A stretch of 64,000 nt of DNA from contig NC_083237.1 in NCBI RefSeq assembly GCF_032191835.1, positions 39,990,001 through 40,054,000 on the forward strand, read 5' to 3'. The notes below the pieces were generated by a model that saw only the letters and a list, made by a program, of their open reading frames with translations, had not been told where the DNA came from and did no database searches. This document shows positions 1 to 10,461 of this stretch, piece after piece. The first letter of the stretch is position 1, and each line of letters begins with the position of its first letter. Source of the stretch: Heteronotia binoei (lineage: Eukaryota). The position numbers were made by a program, and so were the translations under genes.

Positions 1-2
1 TC

Positions 3-2768
3 CATCCAGTTTGTCTGTTGGTAGTTGACATAGCACCGGAGGTATTGTTCTAGAAGCCCGTTCACCCTCTCCGTCTGGCCGTCTGTTTGTGGGTGATAGG
101 CGGAACTGAGCCCCTGCTCTATCCCTGCCAGCTTGCAGAACTCCCGCCAGAAGTTGGCAAAGAACTGTGGCCCGCGGTCACCAATTACCTTATCTGCGAA
201 GGAGTGGAGGCGGACCACGTGGGTGAAGAATAGATAGGCCAGTTTCTTGGCCGTGGGTAATTGCTTGCACGGGATGAAGTGGGCCTGTTTCGAGAACGTG
301 TCCACCACTACCAGGATTACTGTCTTCCCCTGGGAGGGGGGCAGTTCTACTATGAAGTCCATAGACACCACTGCCCATGGTCTGGTTGCCGTTGGCAGTG
401 GGATTAGATGGCCAGGTGGCTTCCCCCCCCCCCTCCTCTTGGTCATGATGCATGTCGGACAGGAGCTCACAAATTCCGACACATCCTTTTTCAGGTGGGG
501 CCACAAAAATTGCCGGGTGACCAGGTTGAGCGTTTTTACATAGCCGAAGTGCCCTGCCAGGCAGCTGGAATGGCATTGCGTTAGGACCTCGCCACGTAGG
601 GTTTTTGGCACATAGATTTTCCTGTTGTAACACCAGAGCCCTCCTTCTCCCTTTTCCACGCCTTCAGGCCGTTCCCCTCCCTCCGCCTCTGTTTCAGCCA
701 TGAAGTGCTCCCTTTCCTTGAGCTCTGGGTTTCCTGTCTTTTTCCCCGACCGGGTGGTGACCCCACCTGCCACTTGGGTGGGGGGAATGAGGGAATCTAT
801 CACTTCCTCCCTCTGGCTGTCATGTTGGGGCATGCGCGAGAGCGCATCGGCCAAGAAGTTCTTTGTCCCAGGGATGCGCTTCAGCACAAAGTCGAATTTG
901 GCAAAAAACCCCGCCCACCGTATTTGTTCGGCGGTCAGTTTACGGCGGCCGGTTAGCGCCTCGAGGTTTTTGTGATCTGTCCAAATCTCAAAGGGGACCC
1001 GGGCTCCTTCCAGCCACGACTGCCAGGTTTTTAGGGTGAACATGACTGCGAAGGCTTCTTTGTCCCATACTGACCAATTCCGCTGTCCATTTGAGAATTT
1101 ATGGGAGATATAGGCGCAGGGTCTAAGTCCCCCCTCGTCGTCCCGCTGCATCAATATTGCCCCCACAGCAACGTCGGAAATGTCGCATTGGACCACGAAT
1201 GGTTTTAGCTCGTTTGGGTGGGCTAACACTGGCTCACTCGTAAACAGTCGTTTCAGCTCATCAAACGCGCTCTGGCACTCTGGTGACCAAGCGAGGCATG
1301 CCCCTCGCTTTTTCGCTTCCTCCCCCTCCCCCTTGGTCTTGAGGAGCTCAGTGAAAGGTAACATGACACGGGCGAACCCTTTGATGAACCCGCGGTAGAA
1401 CTTTGCGAATCCGAGGAAAGATTGTAGCTGCCGTCGGGTTCGGGGCGGTTCCCAATCTAGCACTGCCTGGATTTTCGCGGGGTCCATCGCTAGCCCTTCC
1501 CCCGACACTCTGAAACCCAGGTAGTCTAGCTCCGTCTTGTGGAATTCACACTTGGTCAATTTGGCATACAGTTTGTTTTGATATAAGGTGGTTAACACTC
1601 TCCTGACTAGTGGCACATGTGAGTCAAGGTCCTTAGAGTAAATAATGATGTCATCCAGGTACACCACCACCCCCTTATATAAATATTCTCTTAGCACATC
1701 ATTGATAAAGTTCATGAACACTCCCGGTGCCCCCTGCAACCCGAACGGCATCACCAAATATTCAAACTGTCCCATCGGCGTGTTGAACGCCGTTTTGCAC
1801 TTGTCCCCCTCCTTGATCCGCACCCTAAAGTACGCATCGCGGAGGTCAAGTTTGGTAAATATTTTGCCCTCCGCCACCGTGCTTAGCAAGTCCTTTATCA
1901 GCGGGATCGGGTAAGCATTAGACATGGAAATCCCGTTTATCCCGCGAAAATCTGTGCAAAGTCTCAAACTGCCGTCCTTGCGAAACAGGACGGGGGCGGC
2001 ATGGGGAGCGGTGGCAGGGCGGATGAATCCCCTCTTCAGGTTTTTGTCTATAAACTTTTTCAACTCCGCTTTCTCCGCCCAGCCCATCGAGTAGAGCTTA
2101 GCTTTTGGTAGCTCTTGCCCCGGTATTAGCTCGATGGTGCAGTCAGTTGGGCGATGGGGGGGTAGTTCGTCCGCCTCTTATTCGCTAAATGCCCTTTTCA
2201 AGTCCTGGTATTCCTTGGGGATCGATTTCACCTCCTCTATGGTCAGGCATAGCCGCTCGTTCTGCGGCGGCGCTTTGGGCCCCCATTCCTTCCGCCAATG
2301 GTGATGCTCACACCGCCAGTCTGGGAAACACACGATCTGTGCTTCCAATCGTATGTCTGGCTGGTGTCTCGCTAGCCAGCCCGCCCCCACCATCGCATAG
2401 AACGAGGACGAGGGGGCTATTACAAACGTCTCGATCCCCCAGTGGTCCTCGGTCCCTACTGGTACTGCTTGAGTCTCTTCCGTGCAGGGCTCCCCTCTCA
2501 TTACTGACCCGTCCATTTGCTCAAACTGGATGGGGTGGGGTAGAGGGGACCGGGTTAGCCCAAGCGCCTCTACCAGGTGGGGGGTGATGATGTCTCTAGT
2601 GCACCCTGAGTCTATTAGGGCCCGGGCGTGCATGAAGCGTTTTAAATTGGGGTTCAATAAAGTCACGGCCATAAATAACAGATCCCCGGTTACTCTCACC
2701 GTCATTGGTGCCGGCGCTTCCCGGACCTGCTTTGCGGCACCGATTAAAGCAGGTCGCTGTCGTTTCCC
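3..2768 (-). pseudogene. pol: Gypsy pol (PR-RT-RH-IN), a single frame with one premature stop at 2178-2180
   Basis: FSE*EADELPPHRP; the same frame still reads GLLEQYLRC at 59-33, and the ORF track lists no closed ORF in this frame below 2178, so it stays open to the window edge. Confidence 0.9.
2724..2768 (-). promoter_or_regulatory. -1 programmed ribosomal frameshift signal (gag-pol)
   Basis: Slippery heptamer G GGA AAC (2768-2762), 6-nt spacer, perfect 10-bp stem GACCTGCTTT/AAAGCAGGTC; gag reads GGA AAC, pol reads GGG AAA. Confidence 0.8.
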
Positions 2769-3884
2769 GTTGACTCTGGGTCCCACGATTCCTCGCTCGA
2801 TTCTGCGATAGTTATAATTTCCTCGTCAATCACCATAGATGTGGCGACGGCACCCCAACTGGGCTCCTTGGCTCACCCCCCCTTTCTTCGGGGTGCCCGC
2901 AGGGGGCTTCGGTGGTGGGGAAGTGAGCGACGGCTTCTCGGGGCAGTTGGCGGCCAGGTGCCCCGGGTCTCCACATCGGAAGCATCTTCTGCCGGCCCCC
3001 ACCGGGGTGGACGTTGAGGGGGGTTTCTTTCCCTCCGGCTTGGGCGCTGGGGTGCTCAGCCTTCCTCCCCTTTTCCCCAGTTGTTGCTGACGGCGCATCC
3101 CCACATGTTGCAGGTTCGTCTCCACTTCCCCTGCGAGTTGGATCCAGCCCACTAGGGTGTCAGGCCTTCCCTGGTGGTAGCATCTGTCGAGGATGTTCGC
3201 GTTCAGGCCATTCTTGAACGCGGTGTACTTCATCATCTCGCTCGAGCCTCGCACCGCCGCACAGTGGGTCATGAACTCGGTGGCGTACTCTCGGGTGGTG
3301 CGGTTCCACTGTTCGATTATCTGGAGGACTTCGATGGCTTTCTCCTCCCTCAGGGGGTCCCTGTACTGCTGCAGCATAGCCTGGAGGAATTTGGCTACCG
3401 TCGCTAGCTCCGGCTTCTGTCCGGTGTACAGCCCCACGTACCATTTTCTCGCGGCCCCTTTGAGCTTAGATGCGATGTGGTCTACTCGGCTGGCCTCCGT
3501 CGGGTAGCTCACGCCCCAGTGGGTGAAGAAATTGTTGGACTGGATGGTGAAGTACTCCACTTCGTCTCCATCCCTATCGAACGAGATCTGCAGTTCGAGG
3601 ACCCTTCCTCCGACGCCCGCCCCTGGGGCGGCCGGTGCCGCGGGCGGCGGCAGTCCGGCCGGAGGAGAAAGGGCCGGGGCCGCGGGGCCCGGCACTGGCA
3701 GCGGAGCCAGCGGGGCGGCGGGTATCGGCGGCGGGACCGGCGGAGCGGCGGGACCGGGCATCTGCGGCCAGACTGGGCCCCCCCATCAGCGGGAGGGCCC
3801 GCAGGCTGGCCCGGCGCCCCGTCAACTGGTGCGGGCGGTAGCACGGGTCCTCTCCCCGGGGGACCTCTCGTCCACTGCGTCCAT
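2744..3884 (-). pseudogene. gag: Gypsy gag with frameshifts (near the 5' end and at the G7 run 2876-2882)
   Basis: ORF 2826-3761 has a retrotransposon-gag core and zinc knuckle; the native acidic tail IDEEIITIAESSEESWDPESTGNDSDLL* is in the +1 frame, stop at 2744-2746; likely start ATG 3884. Confidence 0.8.
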
Positions 3885-4002
3885 GAGTGTGGTGGACTTC
3901 CGCGGGCTCCAGCTCCGCGTCGGGAAAACAGCCGTAGAAAAGTGAGCCGGGTCTTTGACTTTTCGTCTCACGGCAGTCACCCCGGGCCCTAATGTGTTAT
4001 AA

Positions 4003-4431
4003 TGTCAGAACTGGAAGAACTTCAATCGAGGCCCAAGACTTCGTTACAAAAGTATAGGCATTTATTGAGAACTACAATGCTGAAGGTACAGAATAACACT
4101 GATAACGAAGCTAGAATTGGTTACATTTTATGCAGTTGTAGCAGCAACAATAAAATGATCTTTCACACGGTCAGAGACAACTGTCTGTTTCTCAGGGTCT
4201 GTTATCAGCAAGGGAAGATGGAGCCCTGCTGAGCTGTCCTGGCCGGCTGGTTTCAAAGGCCACCTGCAGATGTTGACCAGAGGCTATCTGCCACCCTTCA
4301 GTGATCACAGGCTGTTTGGAATGCATGCTATTTTGGTTAGTGGCCTGGCATAAAGCACATTGGGTTAGTATCTGGTTACAATATGGAGTCAGTTAGGTTA
4401 ACAGCATACAGGAAAGTTACAAGTTCTGACA
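4003..4431 (-). repeat. 5' LTR of the Gypsy element (429 bp)
   Basis: Perfect 9-bp terminal inverted repeat TGTCAGAAC...GTTCTGACA; on the minus strand a TATA-like CATAAAA (4132-4126), Inr TCAGT (4102-4098) and AATAAA (4066-4061). Confidence 0.9.
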
Positions 4432-4699
4432 ATGTTGGGGAGCGATCTGATAGCGGCCATCTGGTTCAAAACACATCAGCAACAACTTTTACTGGTGCCC
4501 GCGCAGCTGCAGGGCAGTTGGTTCAACCACGGCTGCTTTGCTGGGAGTTCACCTCCCAAGGCTCGTGCGCCAGGAAGGCCTGTAAGTATAAGCACGAGTG
4601 CCCGATTTGTGGAGGCCCTCACTCCTTCACGGCCTGTACCAGATCCAAACAAAGGTGGCCTAATAAGCGGACAGGCGGCGGGCCTGGGCAGCACCCTGC

Positions 4700-6272
4700 A
4701 AAAGGGTCCCAGCCCCATTCGGCTGAGGGTTCTTAGGCAGCTGTTAGATGTTTACCCTCATTTGGATGAAGTGCGCTACCTGTTCGAGGGGTTCTCATTT
4801 GGATTCAGAATCCCGTATCAAGGCCCCCAGACCCCGTTCTTTTCCGCTAATTTGCGTTCAGTTAAGGGTTTAGAACCCATTGTGAGGGAGAAGATCAGAA
4901 AAGAGTGTGTTGAAGGTAGAGTGTTAGGCCCGTTTAAGTCCCCCCCTCTACCGAACTTGCGGGTGTCCCCTTTGGGAGTGGTGCCTAAGAAGGCAGCAGG
5001 TGAATATCGGTTAATTCACCATCTTTCTTATCCCATGGGTCGATATGTAAATGATGCAATCCTCTCTGAGCTTTGTTCGGTAAAATATACTTCTTTCGAC
5101 CCAGCAGTTCAGATCGGCGGTGTGGGTTGGGTGCCAAGTTGGCAAAGTGCGATATAAAATCGGCTTTTTGCCTTCTGCCAGTTCACCCTGGGGACTTAGA
5201 ATTGTTAGGTTTTGCGTTCGAAGGGAGTTACTATGTTGATAGGGCACTGCCTATGGGGTGTTCAGTTTCCTGCGCTGCGTTCGAGCGTTTTAGTACTTTC
5301 CTGGAATGGGCATTACGTTTTAGAACGGGGATACAGGACACAGCTCATTATTTAGATGTTTTCCTTTTTGTGGGCCCCGTGGGTTCCGGGCAGTGCCTTT
5401 CGTTGTTAACAGCTTTCGTGGATTTAACCAAGGAATTGGGAGTACCGTTGGCTGCTGAAAAAACTGAGGGCCCAGCTACGGTTCTTACCTTTTTGGGCAT
5501 CAAACTTGATACGGTGTGTCAGTTTTCAAGGCTGCCCGAAGACAAGCGAGTGAGCCTTTTAGCCCAGGTCCGATCGGTGTTGGTTAAGCGTAAGGTCACC
5601 TTATTGGAGCTGCAGCAGCTTGTGGTTCATTTGAACTTCGCTTGTAAGGTCGTGGCTCCGGGCAGGGCCTTCTTGAGGCAATTCTGTGACGGAATGGTCA
5701 ACCTGCGTTTGCCGCATCATTTTACCCGGGTTACAAGGGAGATGCAAGTGGACCTTACGGTCTGGGAAACATTCTTGAAGGACTTCCATGGCATTTCTTT
5801 TTGGCGTGGGGATATGCAGCTCGAAGCCGAGTTACAGATAGTTTCTGATGCCACTGGTTCCATCAGTTTCAGGGTTTATTTTCGAGAGCACTGGTGTGCT
5901 GAGTAATGGCCACGGGATTGGTTGGGTTCCGAGTTGTGCCAGAACTTGATGTTCCTGGAATTTTTTCCGATTGTTGTTGCTGTTTTTCTTTGGGGCAAGG
6001 CCCTGGCCAATTGCACAGTGCACTTCTGGTGCGACAACATGGCTGTTGTTCATGTTGTTAACAGTCTGACATCTAAGTCCCCCACAGTCATGCGGCTCGT
6101 CAGGGCGTTTACTTTACGCTGTTTGAAATTGAACATCTTGTTTTTGGCTAAGCACGTTCCTGGCATTTGTAACGGGGTGGCGGACGCTCTGTCTCGCCAA
6201 CAGATGGACCGTTTCCATCAATTAGCCCCGGGGGCCGACCTGTTGCCCGAGTGCATCCCAGTGGAATTATAA
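4700..6272 (+). pseudogene. Ngaro-1 RT/RNase H, disrupted
   Basis: KGPSPIRL, LRVSPLGVVPKK, ALPMGCS, YLDV (YLDD mutated), WCDNMAVV, NGVADALSR; frameshift near 5110 and stop at 5904-5906. Confidence 0.9.
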
Positions 6273-7195
6273 CAGATTGGAGGGAAGAAGTGAGCTGGGC
6301 GATCCATCTTGCCATAGCGTCCAGCACTAAAAGGTTGTATGACCGGGCGGCTAGCCAGTTTTTGGTTTTCAGAGAGGGGGCAGGATTACCTGATGTGTGG
6401 CCCATCCCTGTCGAGCAGTTGTTGCAATTTTGTGTGCATCAGAAGCAGCGGGGTCTTTCAGTTAAATCTATTAGAGGCCAGATGGTGGCACTGGCTTTTA
6501 TGAGTAAGGCCAGGGGGCATGGCGATGCGACTAAGGATTTTCGCATACAAAAAATGCTGGAAGGTTGGTCCCGTGAATCGGGACCCCGGGTTGATGGTAG
6601 GCAGCCTATCTCACCATCTATTCTCAGGGGGCTTCCTGCCTCTTGGGCCCTTGTTTGCGGGTCTGCTTATGAGGAGGCACTCTTCCATGGTGCCGCATTG
6701 ACGGCCTTTTTTAGGGCCTTTAGAGTATCCGAGCTGGTATCGCTCTCCCACAACGATGTTTCTGCAAGGGCCCTGCAGTTTAGGGATGTTAGTTTATCCA
6801 GCAACCAGGTGGCGTTCAGAGTCCGCCATTCAAAGATGGACCAGAAGCAGCATGGCTGCACTGTGACGATTGGAACTTGCGCTGAGCGGAAGTTATGCCC
6901 AGTGGCTGCAATCAGGCATTACATTGAATGGCGTGGCATATCTGATGGCCCCTTTTTCCACCATGTCGACGAGGCCCCTTTGACGAAGTACCAATTTTGG
7001 ACTGTCACGAGTCGAGCCTTGCAACATTTGGGCCTCGGGGGTCGAAAATTTGGTACCCATTCCTTCAGAATCGGTGCAGCTTCCACAGCCGCATCGCTGG
7101 GCTATGGAGGAGAGGACATTCGTCGAGTGGGGCGTTGGAAGTCGGGGGCTTATTCAGCCATTGCGGTCTTAAGGATGGTCGTCTTACCCCTATAA
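6251..7195 (+). pseudogene. Ngaro-1 tyrosine recombinase
   Basis: AFRVSEL, HSKMDQ, THSFRIG, GRWKS motifs; the C-terminal catalytic Tyr region is degenerate. Confidence 0.85.
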
Positions 7196-7265
7196 CCCCG
7201 GGGAACGTTTGCTGCGGGTTATGTTATATTACTAGTTCAACAGTTCTAATAGTTTTTTCTTCTAG

Positions 7266-7842
7266 GTGCTGTGGCTGGTGGTGAGAGGAAAAGGATCCTT
7301 ATATGCGGCCACAGCATTGTTTTTTGGGCGGCACACCAGGCCCAACGGATGCCGATCGGTTCCCAGCTGGGCCTGAGCGACAGAGCTGTAATTACATGGC
7401 ATGGCCGCCGTGGTATGAGGTGGCCCGGGCTTCTGCCTCTGTTGTTTAGGGACCTGGGTGGCCCTCCTCCGCAGATTCTGGTAATACATCTGGGAGAGAA
7501 CGACTTGGGTCTGATGAAGGGGAAGGCCCTTTCGATTCAGGCCGAGTCGGATCTGGCTTTGATCGGCAAAAGGTGGCCAGGCGCCTTATCTTGTGGTCGG
7601 CCATGTTGCCATGCTATGTTTGGCGGACAGCTTGGGACCTAGCTGGTTTGGAGCACGCCAGAATAAAGGCCAACAGGGCCTTGCGCAAAGCCCTCTATGG
7701 CGGACTCGAGGGTTATGTGCCCCATCCTTTTATTCAATCTAGTATGCCGGAATTGTACAGAGAAGACGGGGTCCATCTGACAGAGAAGGGCAACGAGCTA
7801 TTCTTAGCCGACTTGCGGCAAGGGCTGGTTCGGGTTTTATAG
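7266..7842 (+). pseudogene. Ngaro-1 SGNH/GDSL hydrolase ORF (frameshift near 7590)
   Basis: Blocks CGHS, GRRG, HLGEND, DGVH; no ATG; preceded by an acceptor-like ctaat..ttttttcttctAG (7264-7265). Confidence 0.85.
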
Positions 7843-7883
7843 TTTGGGGTACAGCGGCCTAAGCAGAGGCTTGACGCTGTCTG

Positions 7884-9044
7884 TGGCAGTTTGTGGTTGG
7901 AATTATGTTTTGGGGATTGGTGAGCTCCCGTAGCATTGTGCCATTTTGGTGCATGGCTTCCCTGGGGGACCGTTAAGCTGTACGGCCCAAGGTTGGCTCC
8001 AGGGAGTCTGTGGGATCCCGGCACGCGGAGAGTGTCCGCATCCCAGGCTGCACAGCTGTGGGGATGGCGGAGCTCAGGTGAGCGGTGATCATGTTGCCAG
8101 GCTGGCCGGGTCTGAGCCGTTGGGTCGGCTCATATTCGGGGCTCTGGGGATCGCCCAGTTTCAGGTCAAGGAGGTGGTTGACCCCTGGCTTGATCTGTCC
8201 CCATGTTTTGCCCTTGCCGTTAAGTTAATAAAGTGGCCCTTTAATCCAATCTGGTGTCTGTCACGTTATTCCGCCTGGGGGGGCAATTCGGCCCCCTTCC
8301 CAGCTGAGCAGTCCATCGACCGCTGATGGTGGTTGCCGTCCATTGCCTCCCCGCGTGGATTCGAGGCAATGGTTGTTCCCAAGGGGGAGGGGGTGAGGTG
8401 CGGCTTTAAGAGGCTGCCCCGCCCCCTGACACGCAGTTGAATTTAGCTCTCGTCCCACCCACCTGACCATCAAGCAGTACAGGCAGAGGCTGGTCGCCTG
8501 TTTCTAGGGGCCGGGTAGGAATTTTTCACCCCTGGACTGATTGGCCTTGTTCGGGGGTGTTTTTGCCTACCCTGTACTGCTGATGTTTGGTGCTAGCAAT
8601 TTGAATGGTGGTGCCGTTATATTGGTTGGTCACTGGCAGTTCATGGTTGGGATTATGTTTTGGGGATTGGTGAGCTCCCGTAGCATCGCGCCATTTTGTT
8701 GCATGGCTTCCCTGGGGGACCGTTAAGCTGTACGGCCCAAGGTTGGCTCCAGGGAGTCTGTGGGATCCTGGCACACGGAGAGTGTCTGCATCCCAGGCTG
8801 CACGGCTGTGGGGATGGTGGAGCTCAGGTGAGCGGTGATCATGTTGCCGGGCCGGACGGGTCTGAGCCGTTGGGTCGGCTCATACTCGGGGCTCTGGGGG
8901 CTTGCCCAGTTTCAGGTCAAGGAGGTGGTCGGTTGACCCCTGGCTTGATCTGTCCCCGTGTTTTGCCCTTGCCGTTAAGTTAATAAAGTGGCCCTTTAAT
9001 CCAATCCGGTGTCTGTCTCGTTATTCTGCCTGGGGGGGGGCAAT
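7884..9044 (+). repeat. Ngaro-1 terminal repeats: B1 7884-8284, A2 from 8285, B2 8634-9041
   Basis: B1 and B2 are ~400-bp direct repeats (about 20 or more differences by eye), each with AATAAA; A2 has TTTAAG and ACGCAGT. Confidence 0.9.
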
Positions 9045-10461
9045 GAATAGAGCATTAATAGAATGGATATTCAACAGTAAAAATTGCAGATTCCATAAGC
9101 AAAGAATATATAATCATAAATCAGAATTTGGATGGGGAATTCCGGACCTAAATATTTCAACTAAAACCATTTAGTTGAAGCCTTTCAACTAAAACCATTA
9201 TTAGAAATATGTGAGGAAAAGACTCAGAAGTGGGTCAACTTTGAGAATGAAATAAATAATAATATAGGTAGATCAGGCATTTTTTCTAAAGTTACGAATA
9301 AAGACTTACTATTAACAATAGGCCCTAGAAGAGCTTCATTAGAGGTTGGGAAGAAATGGCAGCCGCATTGGTTAGGAAGAGTTTCTAGATGGGCACCCCT
9401 GGAAACTGTTAGTGAGGAAGTGAAAGAAACTAATTGGTGGGAAAGGTTAAACCTCAAAGGTTATTGCAGAGTAGAAGACATGTTTCAAAGTGGAAATCTT
9501 AAACCCATACAGGAAATAACAGAAGAAATAGAAAAACAATATTGGTTAAAAGTAGCTGGGCTTTACAAGACAACAAAAAAAGATTAGTGAAAATGAAGTT
9601 TTTTGGGTAGACACGCCAATGGAAGTATTATACAAAGAAATGGCAAAGCAGAAAAGGGGCTTAGTAGGGAATATATATAGAATGATGATAGTAAATAAGG
9701 AAAAAATAGTAGAGTATTTACAGAGGAGATGGAGCCAGGAGGGCTGGTTATCAGAGAGGACGGTGGAAAAAAATTAAGAAAGGAATAGAAGAATTAAAAG
9801 TAACTAAATTTAAAGAACTTGAATATAAATTTCTTACAAAATGGTATAAGACTCCAGCACAATTAGCTAATATGATTCCAGGATTGAGTCCGCTATGCTG
9901 GCATTGTAAACTTTCTAAAGGGTGGTATGCTGATATGTGGTGGGAATGCCCGGAAGTAAAGACCTTTTGGAACAAAATTATCAAAATAATCAGAAAAGTA
10001 TGCAATATAACATTAACTATAGAGTTTAATCTTATGTTGGTAAGTACAATAGGTAGCCCGATAATAGACAGGAGTATGCAAAATTTAGTCAAGGCTATGG
10101 TATTGGCAGGTAAGGCAGTTGTTGCTTGGGGTTGGAAGGACAAAAGTAAATGGACAGTAGAAATCTGGCACAATTATTTGTTTGAATTTATACAGTAGAC
10201 ATCGTGGCGGTACTTAACAAGGTGACAACATGGGATGTGAAAACCAAGGAAATTACGACCAGATGGAAGACCAACCTAGAATGGACAGCGATAGAAGGAA
10301 GGATGGACATTCAGTGGAAGACTAAGACTTTGTGCCCACGGCTGGGGGGAAGAGACTAGGAGTTAAGGGTGGGTGGGGAGAGGGAGGAAGGGCGTATTGG
10401 AAATATAAATATTTCTTGTAATGGACTAAATAGAATAACAAATAAAGACTATTAAAAAAAA
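9045..10461 (+). mobile_element. L1-clade LINE, degenerate 3' part of ORF2 plus 3' UTR
   Basis: FGWGIPDL and the zf-RVT-like CWHC..MWWEC; G-rich 3' UTR, AATAAA 10441-10446, short poly(A) 10454-10461. Confidence 0.8.

Larger units (their letters stand above)
1..4431 (-). mobile_element. Ty3/Gypsy LTR retrotransposon of the Tf1/sushi group; 5' LTR, gag, PR-RT-RH-IN; runs off the left edge
   Basis: Domain order gag (CCHC knuckle CFRCGDPGHLAANC), protease (ALIDSG), RT (VVVYLDD), RNase H, integrase (H-X6-H..C-X2-C, MDF, GDRG, YHPQTDGQTER); LTR at 4003-4431. Confidence 0.95.
4432..9044 (+). mobile_element. Ngaro-type tyrosine-recombinase retrotransposon, copy 1 (5' part cut off by the Gypsy insertion)
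   Basis: gag C-terminal CCCH+CCHC fingers, RT, RNase H, YR, SGNH ORF, split direct repeats B1-A2-B2; no methyltransferase domain. Confidence 0.92.

Noticed and set aside
5907-6272. DIRS1-type DNA methyltransferase domain
   Set aside because: RNase H runs directly into the YR ORF with no room or motifs; this fits Ngaro rather than DIRS1.
7884-7901. tRNA primer-binding site at the TGG that starts B1
   Set aside because: The sequence after TGGC is unrelated among copies 1, 3 and 4, and no tRNA complement was recognised.
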